Assembly (NCBI GenBank): GCA_030524345.1
Contig: JAUNGP010000002.1
Location: 30,514 to 94,513, forward strand
DNA: 64,000 nt
Direction of reading: 5' to 3'
Source of the DNA: Clostridia bacterium
GTDB taxonomy: Bacteria > Bacillota > Clostridia > TANB77 > CAG-465
The position numbers and the translations under genes were made by a program. The notes beneath the pieces were generated by a model, which saw only the letters and a list, made by a program, of their open reading frames with translations, was not told where the DNA came from and ran no database searches. This document shows, piece by piece, positions 39,637-48,800 of this stretch (position 1 is the first letter of the stretch; every line of letters starts with the position of its first letter).

Positions 39637-40602
39637 TTATTTTGTACTAACATAGTCATATGAACCTTTCTCTACATTAAATGTGATATTTTTTCCATCA
39701 CTAACTGCAATGATTGTTTCCAACTCATCGGTTCTATACACATCAATATTTGCATTTTTTAGTCTTTCCATGACACTTTTTACAGGATGATTATAGCTAT
39801 TTCCTTTTCCCACACTGATGACTGCATATTTAGGATTTACAGCTTTTAAAAATTCATCACTCGTAGAGGTATAAGAACCATGATGCCCAATTTTTAATAA
39901 ATCAGCACTGATATCAGAAAATTTAGCTAAAATTTCTTCTTCAGATAAAGTTTCGGCATCCCCTGTAAATAGGAATTTATTTCCTCCATATGTTAGCCTA
40001 ATTACGATCGAGTAATTGTTAGTACTTTCATATTTTTCAGAATTTGGAGCAAATACTTCAAAAGTTGCATCTCCAAGCTGATATGTTGAACCGACATTTG
40101 GAACTGTAAATTTAAGTCCTTTTGCATTTGCTGCACTTACTACGTCTTTAAATGTTTTTGTGTTAGCTGTAGCTTTTGGAAACAAAAAAGTCTCAATATC
40201 AAAATTACTAATTACATTATCAAGTCCACCGATATGGTCTTCATGCGGATGAGTACCAATCACATAATCAAACTTTTCAATACCTTGTGAATTTAAATAA
40301 TCCACCACTGTTTCTGCGGCATCATTTGTTCCGGCATCAATTAGCATATTATGATCACCTTGAATAATCAATATACTATCTGCCTGCCCCACGTCAATAA
40401 AATGTATTTCCAACTCTCCTTCGAGATCTTCAACACTTACTAATGAATCAGTATTTACAGTTTGAATCGTATTATCTGTTGCAAATTCAATTGTTCCATC
40501 CTCATTAATAATTACTTTACCAAAAATGGCAGCAATCACAATGACAATTGCCAAAAGTATCTTTACAATATTTGGCATATTATTTTTTTCTTTTTTACTC
40601 AT
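39637..40602 (-). CDS. ComEC/Rec2-family MBL-fold hydrolase, membrane anchored
   Basis: FIDVGQADS, THPHEDHIGG, NNYSIV, FTGDAE, GHHGS, NHP, YRTD. Confidence 0.92.
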   Translation of the reverse strand: MSKKEKNNMPNIVKILLAIVIVIAAIFGKVIINEDGTIEFATDNTIQTVNTDSLVSVEDLEGELEIHFIDVGQADSILIIQGDHNMLIDAGTNDAAETVVDYLNSQGIEKFDYVIGTHPHEDHIGGLDNVISNFDIETFLFPKATANTKTFKDVVSAANAKGLKFTVPNVGSTYQLGDATFEVFAPNSEKYESTNNYSIVIRLTYGGNKFLFTGDAETLSEEEILAKFSDISADLLKIGHHGSYTSTSDEFLKAVNPKYAVISVGKGNSYNHPVKSVMERLKNANIDVYRTDELETIIAVSDGKNITFNVEKGSYDYVSTK

Positions 40603-40772
40603 TTTCTCAACCTCTCTTATCCTTTAATGAATTTATTATAGCACAAATTGTAGATTTTTGAAATAAGAAACCTCTCCTTTTAAGAATTCATTTCTAGTTT
40701 TATTCACAAAAAATCTTTTGTGCAAACAAATAAAATAATATTAATTATAACACTTTTTTCTTAAAAAGTACA

Positions 40773-41504
40773 CTACAGATTATCAAAAACAGAACCAATT
40801 TTTTCATGAATCACAATATTTGCTATATGGTCAAACGGTGTTTCATCTTGATTGATTAGTACTAAATTATCTCCTCTAAAATATTGTATTAATGTATTTG
40901 CAGGACTTACAGTAAGTGAGGTACCACCCACAATTAGTGTATCTGCATTAATTATTTTCTTAATTGAATTTAGTAAAATATGATCATCTAAATTTTCTCC
41001 ATACAAAACTACATCTGGCTTGATAATACCACCACATTTACACTTGGGTACTCCTCGACTTTCAAAGACATGTTTAGCATCATAGAAATGATTGCACTCC
41101 ATACAATAGTTTCTCATAATACTCCCATGTAATTCATAAACATTTTTAGAACCTGCCTTCTGATGTAATCCATCTATATTCTGAGTGATAATTGCTTTTA
41201 GCTTTCCAGATTGCTCTAACTTGGTAAGTTTGTAGTGTGTAATACTAGGTTGATATTCCAAAGAATTCATTTTATCTTTATAAAATTGATAAAACTCCTC
41301 TGTATTGTTTAAGAAAAAATCAATTCCAAGTATTTCTTCTGGTGGATATTTATATTTTAAATGATACAGTCCATCTTTTCCCCTAAAATCCGGTATACCA
41401 CTTTCTGTAGATACTCCAGCACCTCCAAAGAAAACAATATTTGTACTTTTTTCTATTATTTTTCTTAACTTTTCTATCGAATTTTCCACATAAATCACCT
41501 TCAT
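40773..41504 (-). CDS. cobB: NAD-dependent protein deacylase (sirtuin)
   Basis: GGAGVSTESGIPDFR, TQNIDGLH, ELHG, CxxC...CxC, PDVVLYGE, GTSL. Confidence 0.93.
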   Translation of the reverse strand: MKVIYVENSIEKLRKIIEKSTNIVFFGGAGVSTESGIPDFRGKDGLYHLKYKYPPEEILGIDFFLNNTEEFYQFYKDKMNSLEYQPSITHYKLTKLEQSGKLKAIITQNIDGLHQKAGSKNVYELHGSIMRNYCMECNHFYDAKHVFESRGVPKCKCGGIIKPDVVLYGENLDDHILLNSIKKIINADTLIVGGTSLTVSPANTLIQYFRGDNLVLINQDETPFDHIANIVIHEKIGSVFDNL

Positions 41505-41597
41505 TAGTATATCATATATCTTCCTATTTATCTAAATAGGAATTAAAATTTTTGTGTCTTTTTTTGATTTTTTCTTAATATTATGTTATAATAGTAA

Positions 41598-42181
41598 AGA
41601 TGGTGCATTATTCTAGTTGCATAATATATTAGGAGGGTGGGGCTAAAAATCCACTAAAAGGCATACAATGAAGTTTCTTGTTTATGCGCGATACGCCCAG
41701 TATTGTGTGTATTCAGGGAGTAAAGAATTTAGGGTACAATGTAATGGCATATATTGGATATTCCCTATTTTCGCTGAGCTCTACGATACTTATTTTCTCG
41801 AGTATACTGTAGATATAACCTATGTTGAGTGCCAAGACACAATATGCATAGTGTAGCCTGTCTTGAGTGATAATTCGGGATTTTTGTAACGATAAATAAT
41901 CTGAAAAGGCCTTTTAAGATTATTTATTAAAATGAAATTATTATTGCAAAAGAGACTAATAATATAGATTTGCATTTAAGGAAAACTTCTAGAATGTTAG
42001 ATGATAAAATTCTAAGTTATTTAAGGATTAAGGTACGGATTTAAGTGGTGATCTAGTTTTCTTATAGGTGACTTGAGAATATTTCTTTTAAACGGAAACG
42101 ACTAAATAGTAATATTTAGCAGGAAATAGAGAAATTCTACTAGACCTGAAACCGTAAAATTTACTTACTTAACTACCATCT
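41598..42181 (+). ncRNA. ole: OLE (ornate large extremophilic) RNA, AT-rich variant
   Basis: Terminal pairing AGATGGT/ACCATCT and CTAGT/ACTAG; recognisable OLE blocks TATTCTAGT, CTAAAAATCCACTAAAAGGCA, ATGAAGTT, ACGCCCAG, AATGGCAT, GTGTAGCCTGTCTTGAGTG, TAAGTGGTGATCTAG, CTAGACCT; extended -10 TGTTATAAT at 41584-41592; oapA directly downstream. Confidence 0.92.
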
Positions 42182-42201
42182 ACTTTTACTATATTATAAA
42201 A

Positions 42202-42795
42202 GTGAGGATGAAATATAAAATGAAATATAAGTCGAAAGACTACAATGAGAAAAAAGATTCTAATATTAAATGGATTATAACAGTATCTTTAGTCGCGCTG
42301 TTATTGTCCTTATTTTTGTCTTTTACGGCAACCAAAGCAATATCCAATCTAAATATAATACTAGCTATCGTACTTTTACTTGTTGTAATATTGATTGGTA
42401 TCATATTTGATATAGTGGCCGTTGGCGTAACAATAGCAAATGAAAATAACTTTCATGCCATGGCAAGTAAAAAGGTAAAAGGAGCTAAGACTTCTATTAA
42501 ACTGATTAAAAACTCTCATAAAGTATCCAATTTCTGTGCAGATGTTATTGGTGATATATGTGGTGTATTAAGCGGTACTGTAAGTGCCATCATTGCACTA
42601 AAAATCAGTAGTTACTATAACTTAACATTTGATGTTCAAGCACTTATCACTTCATTTGTATCTGCCCTTACAATAGGTGGAAAAGCAATTGGTAAAACAA
42701 TAGCTAAAACGAATAGTACTAAAATTGTCGCTTTGGTAAGTAAATTCTTAAATTTCTTTTCCAAAGACAAAAAAGCATTGAAAAATCATAATTAA
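42202..42795 (+). CDS. oapA: OLE-associated protein A
   Basis: Four TM segments; IGIIFDIV, FHAMASKKVKGAK, SNFCADVIGDICGVLSG, ALTIGGKAIGK. Confidence 0.92.
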   Translation: MRMKYKMKYKSKDYNEKKDSNIKWIITVSLVALLLSLFLSFTATKAISNLNIILAIVLLLVVILIGIIFDIVAVGVTIANENNFHAMASKKVKGAKTSIKLIKNSHKVSNFCADVIGDICGVLSGTVSAIIALKISSYYNLTFDVQALITSFVSALTIGGKAIGKTIAKTNSTKIVALVSKFLNFFSKDKKALKNHN

Positions 42796-42883
42796 TCATG
42801 TATAATAGTAATGCTTAAACACTAAGTATTACTAAATTAATGTAATACCAAAACCCTTTTTTTAACTAAAGGAGGTATATGCT

Positions 42884-43060
42884 ATGGGAATGACATGTTC
42901 TGAATGCTCAAGCTGTTGGTATGATAAACAGGACGGTGTCTACAGATGTTCTGAATATGGCAACAGAACCGTTTCAGGAAGTAGTGGACCCGGGAACTGT
43001 GGAAAACAGGATTATGCAAGACGTGGCGATGCCAAAGATGATGATCGCAGAAGTCGATGA
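42884..43060 (+). CDS. Unannotated 58-aa Cys-rich small protein (CxxCxxC-x10-C-x16-C)
   Basis: TTGAAA-17-TATAAT promoter (42778-42806), GGAGGT RBS at 42871; MGMTCSECSSCWYDKQDGVYRCSEYGNRTVSGSSGPGNCGKQDYARRGDAKDDDRRSR*; terminator follows. Confidence 0.78.
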   Translation: MGMTCSECSSCWYDKQDGVYRCSEYGNRTVSGSSGPGNCGKQDYARRGDAKDDDRRSR

Positions 43061-43064
43061 TCAA

Positions 43065-43098
43065 AAAAATAACGGAGTAGGATTACTCCGTTATTTTT
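43065..43098. terminator. Bidirectional terminator between the Cys-rich ORF and adhE
   Basis: AAAAATAACGGAGTA/TACTCCGTTATTTTT perfect 15-bp arms. Confidence 0.85.
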
Positions 43099-43100
43099 AT

Positions 43101-45686
43101 TTATTTGCCATAATATGCTTCTAGCAATATTTCCTTTAATTCACTAACAAGTGGAAGTCTTGGATTTGCAGTCGTACATTGATCTTCAAATGCTCTATCA
43201 GCTAACAAATCTACTTTATTAAGATAATCTTCCTCTTCTATTCCTTCTTCTTTGAATGATTTTGTCATATTTAATTTTGTCATTAAGTCTTGTATCGCCT
43301 GAATTAAAGAATTCACCCCTTCTTCAGTTGTACTTGCAGAAAGTCCTAGTCTTCTTGCAATGTCTGCATATCTTTCATCTGCTATAAAATACTCATATTT
43401 TGGAAATGATACAAACTTTGTAGGTTTAGTAGCATTATATCTTATTACATATGGAAGTAAAATCGCGTTTGCTCTACCATGTGCCACATGATATTCAGCA
43501 CCAATCTTATGTGCTATGCTATGATTAATTCCAAGAAAGGCATTTGAAAAAGCCATTCCAGCAATGGAACTTGCATTATGCATCTTCTCTCTTGCAACAG
43601 TATCATTTGCATCTTTATATGATCTTTCCAAATATTCAAATACAAGTTCAATCGCTTTTATTGCAAGACCATCCGTAAAATCAGACGCCATATTAGAAAC
43701 ATAAGCCTCAATTGCATGTGTCAAAACGTCCATTCCTGTATCCGCTACTACTTTTGCTGGTAGAGAATAAACAAGCTCTGGATCAATGATTGCAATAGTT
43801 GGAACTAAAGCATAATCAGTGATTGGATACTTAATGTGATTTACCTTATCTGAAATAACAGCAAATGATGTAGTTTCAGAACCTGTACCACTAGTTGTAG
43901 GTATTGCTACCATTTTAGCTTTCTTTCCTAAATCATCTATTTTATATACTTTTTTACGGATATCTAAAAATTTGCTCTTCATTGCATCTAAATTAACATC
44001 TGGTTGCTCATATAAAAGCCACATTCCCTTAGCAGCATCCATTGGACTTCCCCCACCAAGAGCTATAATACAATCAGGTTTGAAATGATTCATCATTTCT
44101 ACACCTTTTTTTATTGTATCAAATGAAGGATCTGGTTCTACTTCAGAAAATATTTCACAATGCGCAGGCTCTTTTCTTTTTCTTAAATAATATAATATTT
44201 TATTCACATATCCAAGTTTCATCATAGCTTCATCTGTTACAATAAATACTTTGGAGATGTCTTTCATCACTTCTAAATATTTAATTGCACCCTTTTCAAA
44301 AAATATCTTATTTGGCACTTTAAACCATTGCATGTTAACCCTCCTTTTAGCTACTCTTTTTATATTTAATAAATTTACTGCAGAAACATTAGCAGTAGTT
44401 GAATTTCCACCGAAAGTACCACACCCAAGGGTCAAAGATGGCAAATTAGTGTTATATATATCTCCAATTGCACCATGAGTAGAAGGTGAATTAACAATCA
44501 ATCTTCCAGCTTTCATTTTATGTTCATATTTTAATATAATATCCTTATCCTCACTATGAATAACAGCAGAATGGCCTAGTCCACCATAAGTCAAAAGCTT
44601 ACTTGCAATATTCATTGCTTCATCTTCGTCTTTTACAATATAGTATGCAAGTATTGGACTTAATTTTTCTTTAGATAAAGGATACTTATCACCTACTCCA
44701 TCTAATTTAGCAAGCAAAATCTTTGTATCTTCTTTTACTTCAATTCCTGCCCATTTAGCAATCGTATATGCGCTCTGTCCTACAATTTTAGAATTTATTT
44801 TAGAACCATTTTCATCTTTTACAATGATATAATTTTCTAATTTTTGTGCTTCCTGACTATTTAAAAAATAACAGCCTGCCTCTTTCATTAATTTTTCAAA
44901 TTCCTTTGCAATTTCTTTATCCACAATTACAGATTGTTCAGATGCACAAATCATACCATTATCAAAAGTTTTAGACATAATTAAATCTGTAACCGCTCTT
45001 TTTAATTTTGCACTTTTATTAATGTAACAAGGAACATTACCAGGTCCAACTCCAAGAGCTGGTTTACCACAAGAATATGCAGCCTTTACCATTCCCGATC
45101 CGCCAGTTGCAAGAATTAATTTTACATCTTTATGATTCATTAATTCATTTGTAGCATTAAGAGAAGGATTTTCAATCCACTGAATACAATTTTTTGGTGC
45201 CCCTTCCTTTATTGCTGCTTCTCTAATAATCTTTGCTGCTTCTACACTGCATTTTTGAGCAGATGGATGAAAACCAAATATAATCGGATTTTTTGTTTTC
45301 ACAGAGATAAGAGATTTAAAAATTGTAGTTGAAGTAGGATTGGTAACAGGTGTTACACCTGCAATAATACCAACAGGCTCCGCAACCATCTCATAATCTT
45401 CTAACTCATTATTGTCTATCACACCAACAGTTTTATTGTATTTGATACTATGATAAACATATTCGGAAGCAAACATATTTTTGGTGATTTTATCCTCATA
45501 TACTCCTCTTCCAGTCTCTTCAACTGCCATTTTAGCAAGCTTCATATGATTTCCTACCGCTGCAATTGACATAGCCTTTACAATTCTATCGATTTGTTCT
45601 TGATTTAATCCTTCGTATTCAATTTCTGCTTCTTTTGCATGATCAATTAATAATTTAATTTCTTTTTGTTCACTTGTCTGACCCAT
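43101..45686 (-). CDS. adhE: Bifunctional acetaldehyde-CoA/alcohol dehydrogenase
   Basis: [64 protein letters not shown]. Confidence 0.96.
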   Translation of the reverse strand: MGQTSEQKEIKLLIDHAKEAEIEYEGLNQEQIDRIVKAMSIAAVGNHMKLAKMAVEETGRGVYEDKITKNMFASEYVYHSIKYNKTVGVIDNNELEDYEMVAEPVGIIAGVTPVTNPTSTTIFKSLISVKTKNPIIFGFHPSAQKCSVEAAKIIREAAIKEGAPKNCIQWIENPSLNATNELMNHKDVKLILATGGSGMVKAAYSCGKPALGVGPGNVPCYINKSAKLKRAVTDLIMSKTFDNGMICASEQSVIVDKEIAKEFEKLMKEAGCYFLNSQEAQKLENYIIVKDENGSKINSKIVGQSAYTIAKWAGIEVKEDTKILLAKLDGVGDKYPLSKEKLSPILAYYIVKDEDEAMNIASKLLTYGGLGHSAVIHSEDKDIILKYEHKMKAGRLIVNSPSTHGAIGDIYNTNLPSLTLGCGTFGGNSTTANVSAVNLLNIKRVAKRRVNMQWFKVPNKIFFEKGAIKYLEVMKDISKVFIVTDEAMMKLGYVNKILYYLRKRKEPAHCEIFSEVEPDPSFDTIKKGVEMMNHFKPDCIIALGGGSPMDAAKGMWLLYEQPDVNLDAMKSKFLDIRKKVYKIDDLGKKAKMVAIPTTSGTGSETTSFAVISDKVNHIKYPITDYALVPTIAIIDPELVYSLPAKVVADTGMDVLTHAIEAYVSNMASDFTDGLAIKAIELVFEYLERSYKDANDTVAREKMHNASSIAGMAFSNAFLGINHSIAHKIGAEYHVAHGRANAILLPYVIRYNATKPTKFVSFPKYEYFIADERYADIARRLGLSASTTEEGVNSLIQAIQDLMTKLNMTKSFKEEGIEEEDYLNKVDLLADRAFEDQCTTANPRLPLVSELKEILLEAYYGK

Positions 45687-45818
45687 AAACTACCTCCTAA
45701 TTACATTTATATGCAAACTTATGATTGATAAAAATATTGTATCATTAAAAGAATGATCTTTCAACAAATACACCAAAAATAATGTACTAAAATATCAATA
45801 TATTTTAGTACATTATAA

Positions 45819-48800
45819 CTATCTTTTCTTCTTAGACATTTTTCTAGGCTTCTTATTATTTGAAATAAAAACAATTCCTCCAACTGCACCTATCATCATC
45901 ACTAAAAACAATATTACATATTTCCATATATTAATATCACTTGTATTTGGCAATAAAGTCTTTTTATATATAATATTGATCTCGTTTGGATCTTCTTGAT
46001 AATCTATTCTTACGATTTTATCTTCTACATAATATCCTTCTTTTTCTGGCAAAACAATTTCACATATTTCACCTACATAGCCGTCTTTTTCTATTCTATC
46101 TAATACATTTCCGTCTTCATCTACTAGATTGATGATAACTTTACCTGGTATTTTTTCCATGATATATTTTACAGTTATCGTATCTAATTCAAACACACCT
46201 TCTGTATTTTGTGGTTTTTCTTTTACTCTATAATTTCTAATTTCTTTTTCTTCTACTTTATATTCTTCATCTACTTTACCCTCTATTATCTCTTTGAGAA
46301 GCTCATTTCCTTCTTCATCTTCATAAATAATCTCTACTTTCCCTATTTTCTTTTCATAGTAATATTCTACTTCTATTACTTCTTCTTTTAAATTACCTAC
46401 TATGTTTTCAGTTGAGCCTAAATAGTTATATTTTTCAAAATTCTCTTTTTCAGTCCTATATTCTTCTCCCTCTAATCCATCAATTCTTTTTTCTTTTAAT
46501 ATTTCTTGAGTATCCTGATCTATATATCTAATAACTACTCCACCAGATATCTTTTTATACCAATATTTTACTACAATTCCTTCTCTTGTATAAACGCCAT
46601 TTTCATTTTCTGTACTTTCTACAAGTTGATATCCATCTACTACTTTTCCTTCTGTTTGATAGTTTTCTCCTTCCAAGCCTTCTTTTTCTTCTAAATAAAG
46701 TTCTTCTCCGCTAATTTGATCTATTCCTAGTATTTGTACTTTAGATATCTTTTGATAGTAAAATTTTACCTCTTGCAAAGCTACTGTTAAAATAATTTCT
46801 TTATTCTCTGGACTTTGAACTAGCTCATATCCATCGATTTTTTTCTCCTCTAATGTAATAACATTATTTTCATTTCCAGTATACTGCTTTTCATCTAAAA
46901 CTTCTCCAGTGATTTTATCTACATACTTAACAATAAGACCTTCTGATACTTTTTTATACTCATATACTACTTCAATGTTTTCTCTTCCCATCGTTCCAGT
47001 ACTATTTTCTGGAACTTTTGTAACAACATAGCCACCTATATCTTCAGACTTTGTAGTATATGTTACTCCCTCTTTATATTCTTTTTCTGTTTGATTTGCA
47101 ATTGCATTTCCGGTATTGGCATCTATATGTTTTATAATTACTTTTGATAATTTTCTATACTCATATGTGACTGTTATCTTTCCCACTGTCATCTTTCCAG
47201 TTGCATTTTCCGGTGTCAATACTAATTCATATCCATCTATTTTCTTTGGAATCGTTGTATACTCAGTTCCTTCCAATCCATCTTCATGTTCTCCTGTATC
47301 AATTTCTTCTTTTGTCACTTGATCAATATACACAGTATCTACGCCTGATGATATTTTGCGATATTCATAGATAACTTCAATATTTTCTCTTCCTACTGTT
47401 CCATCTGTATTTTCTGTATTAGATATCAATTTATATCCATTAAAATTTTTTTCTTCTGTCTTGTATGGATCCCCCTCTTTATATTCAGTTACAATATTAT
47501 CTATAATTGATGTACCTGTATTTTTATCTATATACTTAACCGTTACTGTTGATATCTTTCTATACTCATATGTGACTGTTATTTTTTCTACTGTCATTTT
47601 TCCAATGGCGTTTTCCGGTGTCAATACCAGTTCGTATCCCTCTATTTTCTTTGGAAGCGTTGTATAATCAGTTCCCTCCATTCCATCTTGGTGATCTCTT
47701 GTAACTATTTCACTTTTTGTTACTTGATCAATGTATACAATATCTACACCAGAAGATATTTTTCTATACCTATATACTACTTCAATATTTTCTCTTCCTA
47801 CTGTTCCACTTGTATTTTCTGTGTTAGATATAAGTGTATATTCATTAAACGTTTTTTGTTCTGTCTGATATGGATCTCCCTCTTTATACTCAGTTACAAT
47901 ATCGTTTACAATAGATGTATCTGTATTCATATCTATGTATTTAACTGTTACTGTTGATGTCTTTCTATACTCATATGTAACTATTATTTTATCCATTGTA
48001 AAAATTCCACTAGCATTCTCTGGAGTTTTTACAAGCTCATAACCTGGAATGATTTCTGCCAATGTTGAATACTCAGTTCCTACATCACCTGTTATTTTGT
48101 TACTTGAAATAATTTCATCTCCTGTAACTTGGTCTATATATTTGATTTCTACACCATCTGATGATATTGCTACTGGAACTACAACTTCTTTTTCGTTTCC
48201 TGCTACATCCACAACTTTAAAAGTATATTCTCCTGGTGATGTAACACTATATATCGCGTTATCGCCTGTTACTTCTCTACCATCTGGCAATATTATTTTT
48301 TCAACACCAGAAGCATCATCTGTTGCAGTAAAGTTTATGATTGCTGATCTTTCATCAATTGTTGGTTGTGTTATTTCTCCATTTCCATTTGGCTGCGTTC
48401 TATCTATTTTATAAATACCTACTGTACGCTCTAGTAAATTTCCTGCATTATCATAAGCCTGTATATGTAAGTAATCTAAACCTTCTACATCTATATTTAG
48501 AAGATATGATGTATCTGTTATATATTCACTCCAAACTGTATTTTCAGAAGTTTCCTGCTCACTATCGATTGCATATCTCCATTTTGAAAATCCTGAATCA
48601 GCATCACTAAATAGCAATGATACTTCTTGCATTTTTTTCCATTCACAATGAGTTGGATCAATAATTACTGCAGGTGCATCTGTATCATCAATTACAGTAA
48701 ATGATTTGGTAAATACCTCAGATTTAATTCCTTGACTATTGGTTACTACCAAGCTATATGAATAAGTACCTGTTCCTAAATCATCTGTGTTAAAATTAAT

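Noticed and set aside
39637-40602. Second ComEC-like MBL as a defence gene
   Set aside because: Membrane-anchored and paired with DUF3006; a common housekeeping arrangement in Clostridia
40773-41504. Sirtuin as a SIR2 defence effector
   Set aside because: Canonical CobB deacylase with zinc-binding cysteines and no defence partner
41668-41856. 62-aa ORF
   Set aside because: Lies wholly within conserved OLE RNA blocks; shadow ORF
42882-43124. ORF-track ORFs 42882-43064(-) and 42921-43124(+)
   Set aside because: No RBS, and the plus ORF runs through the terminator; the frame at 42884-43060 has promoter, RBS and terminator support
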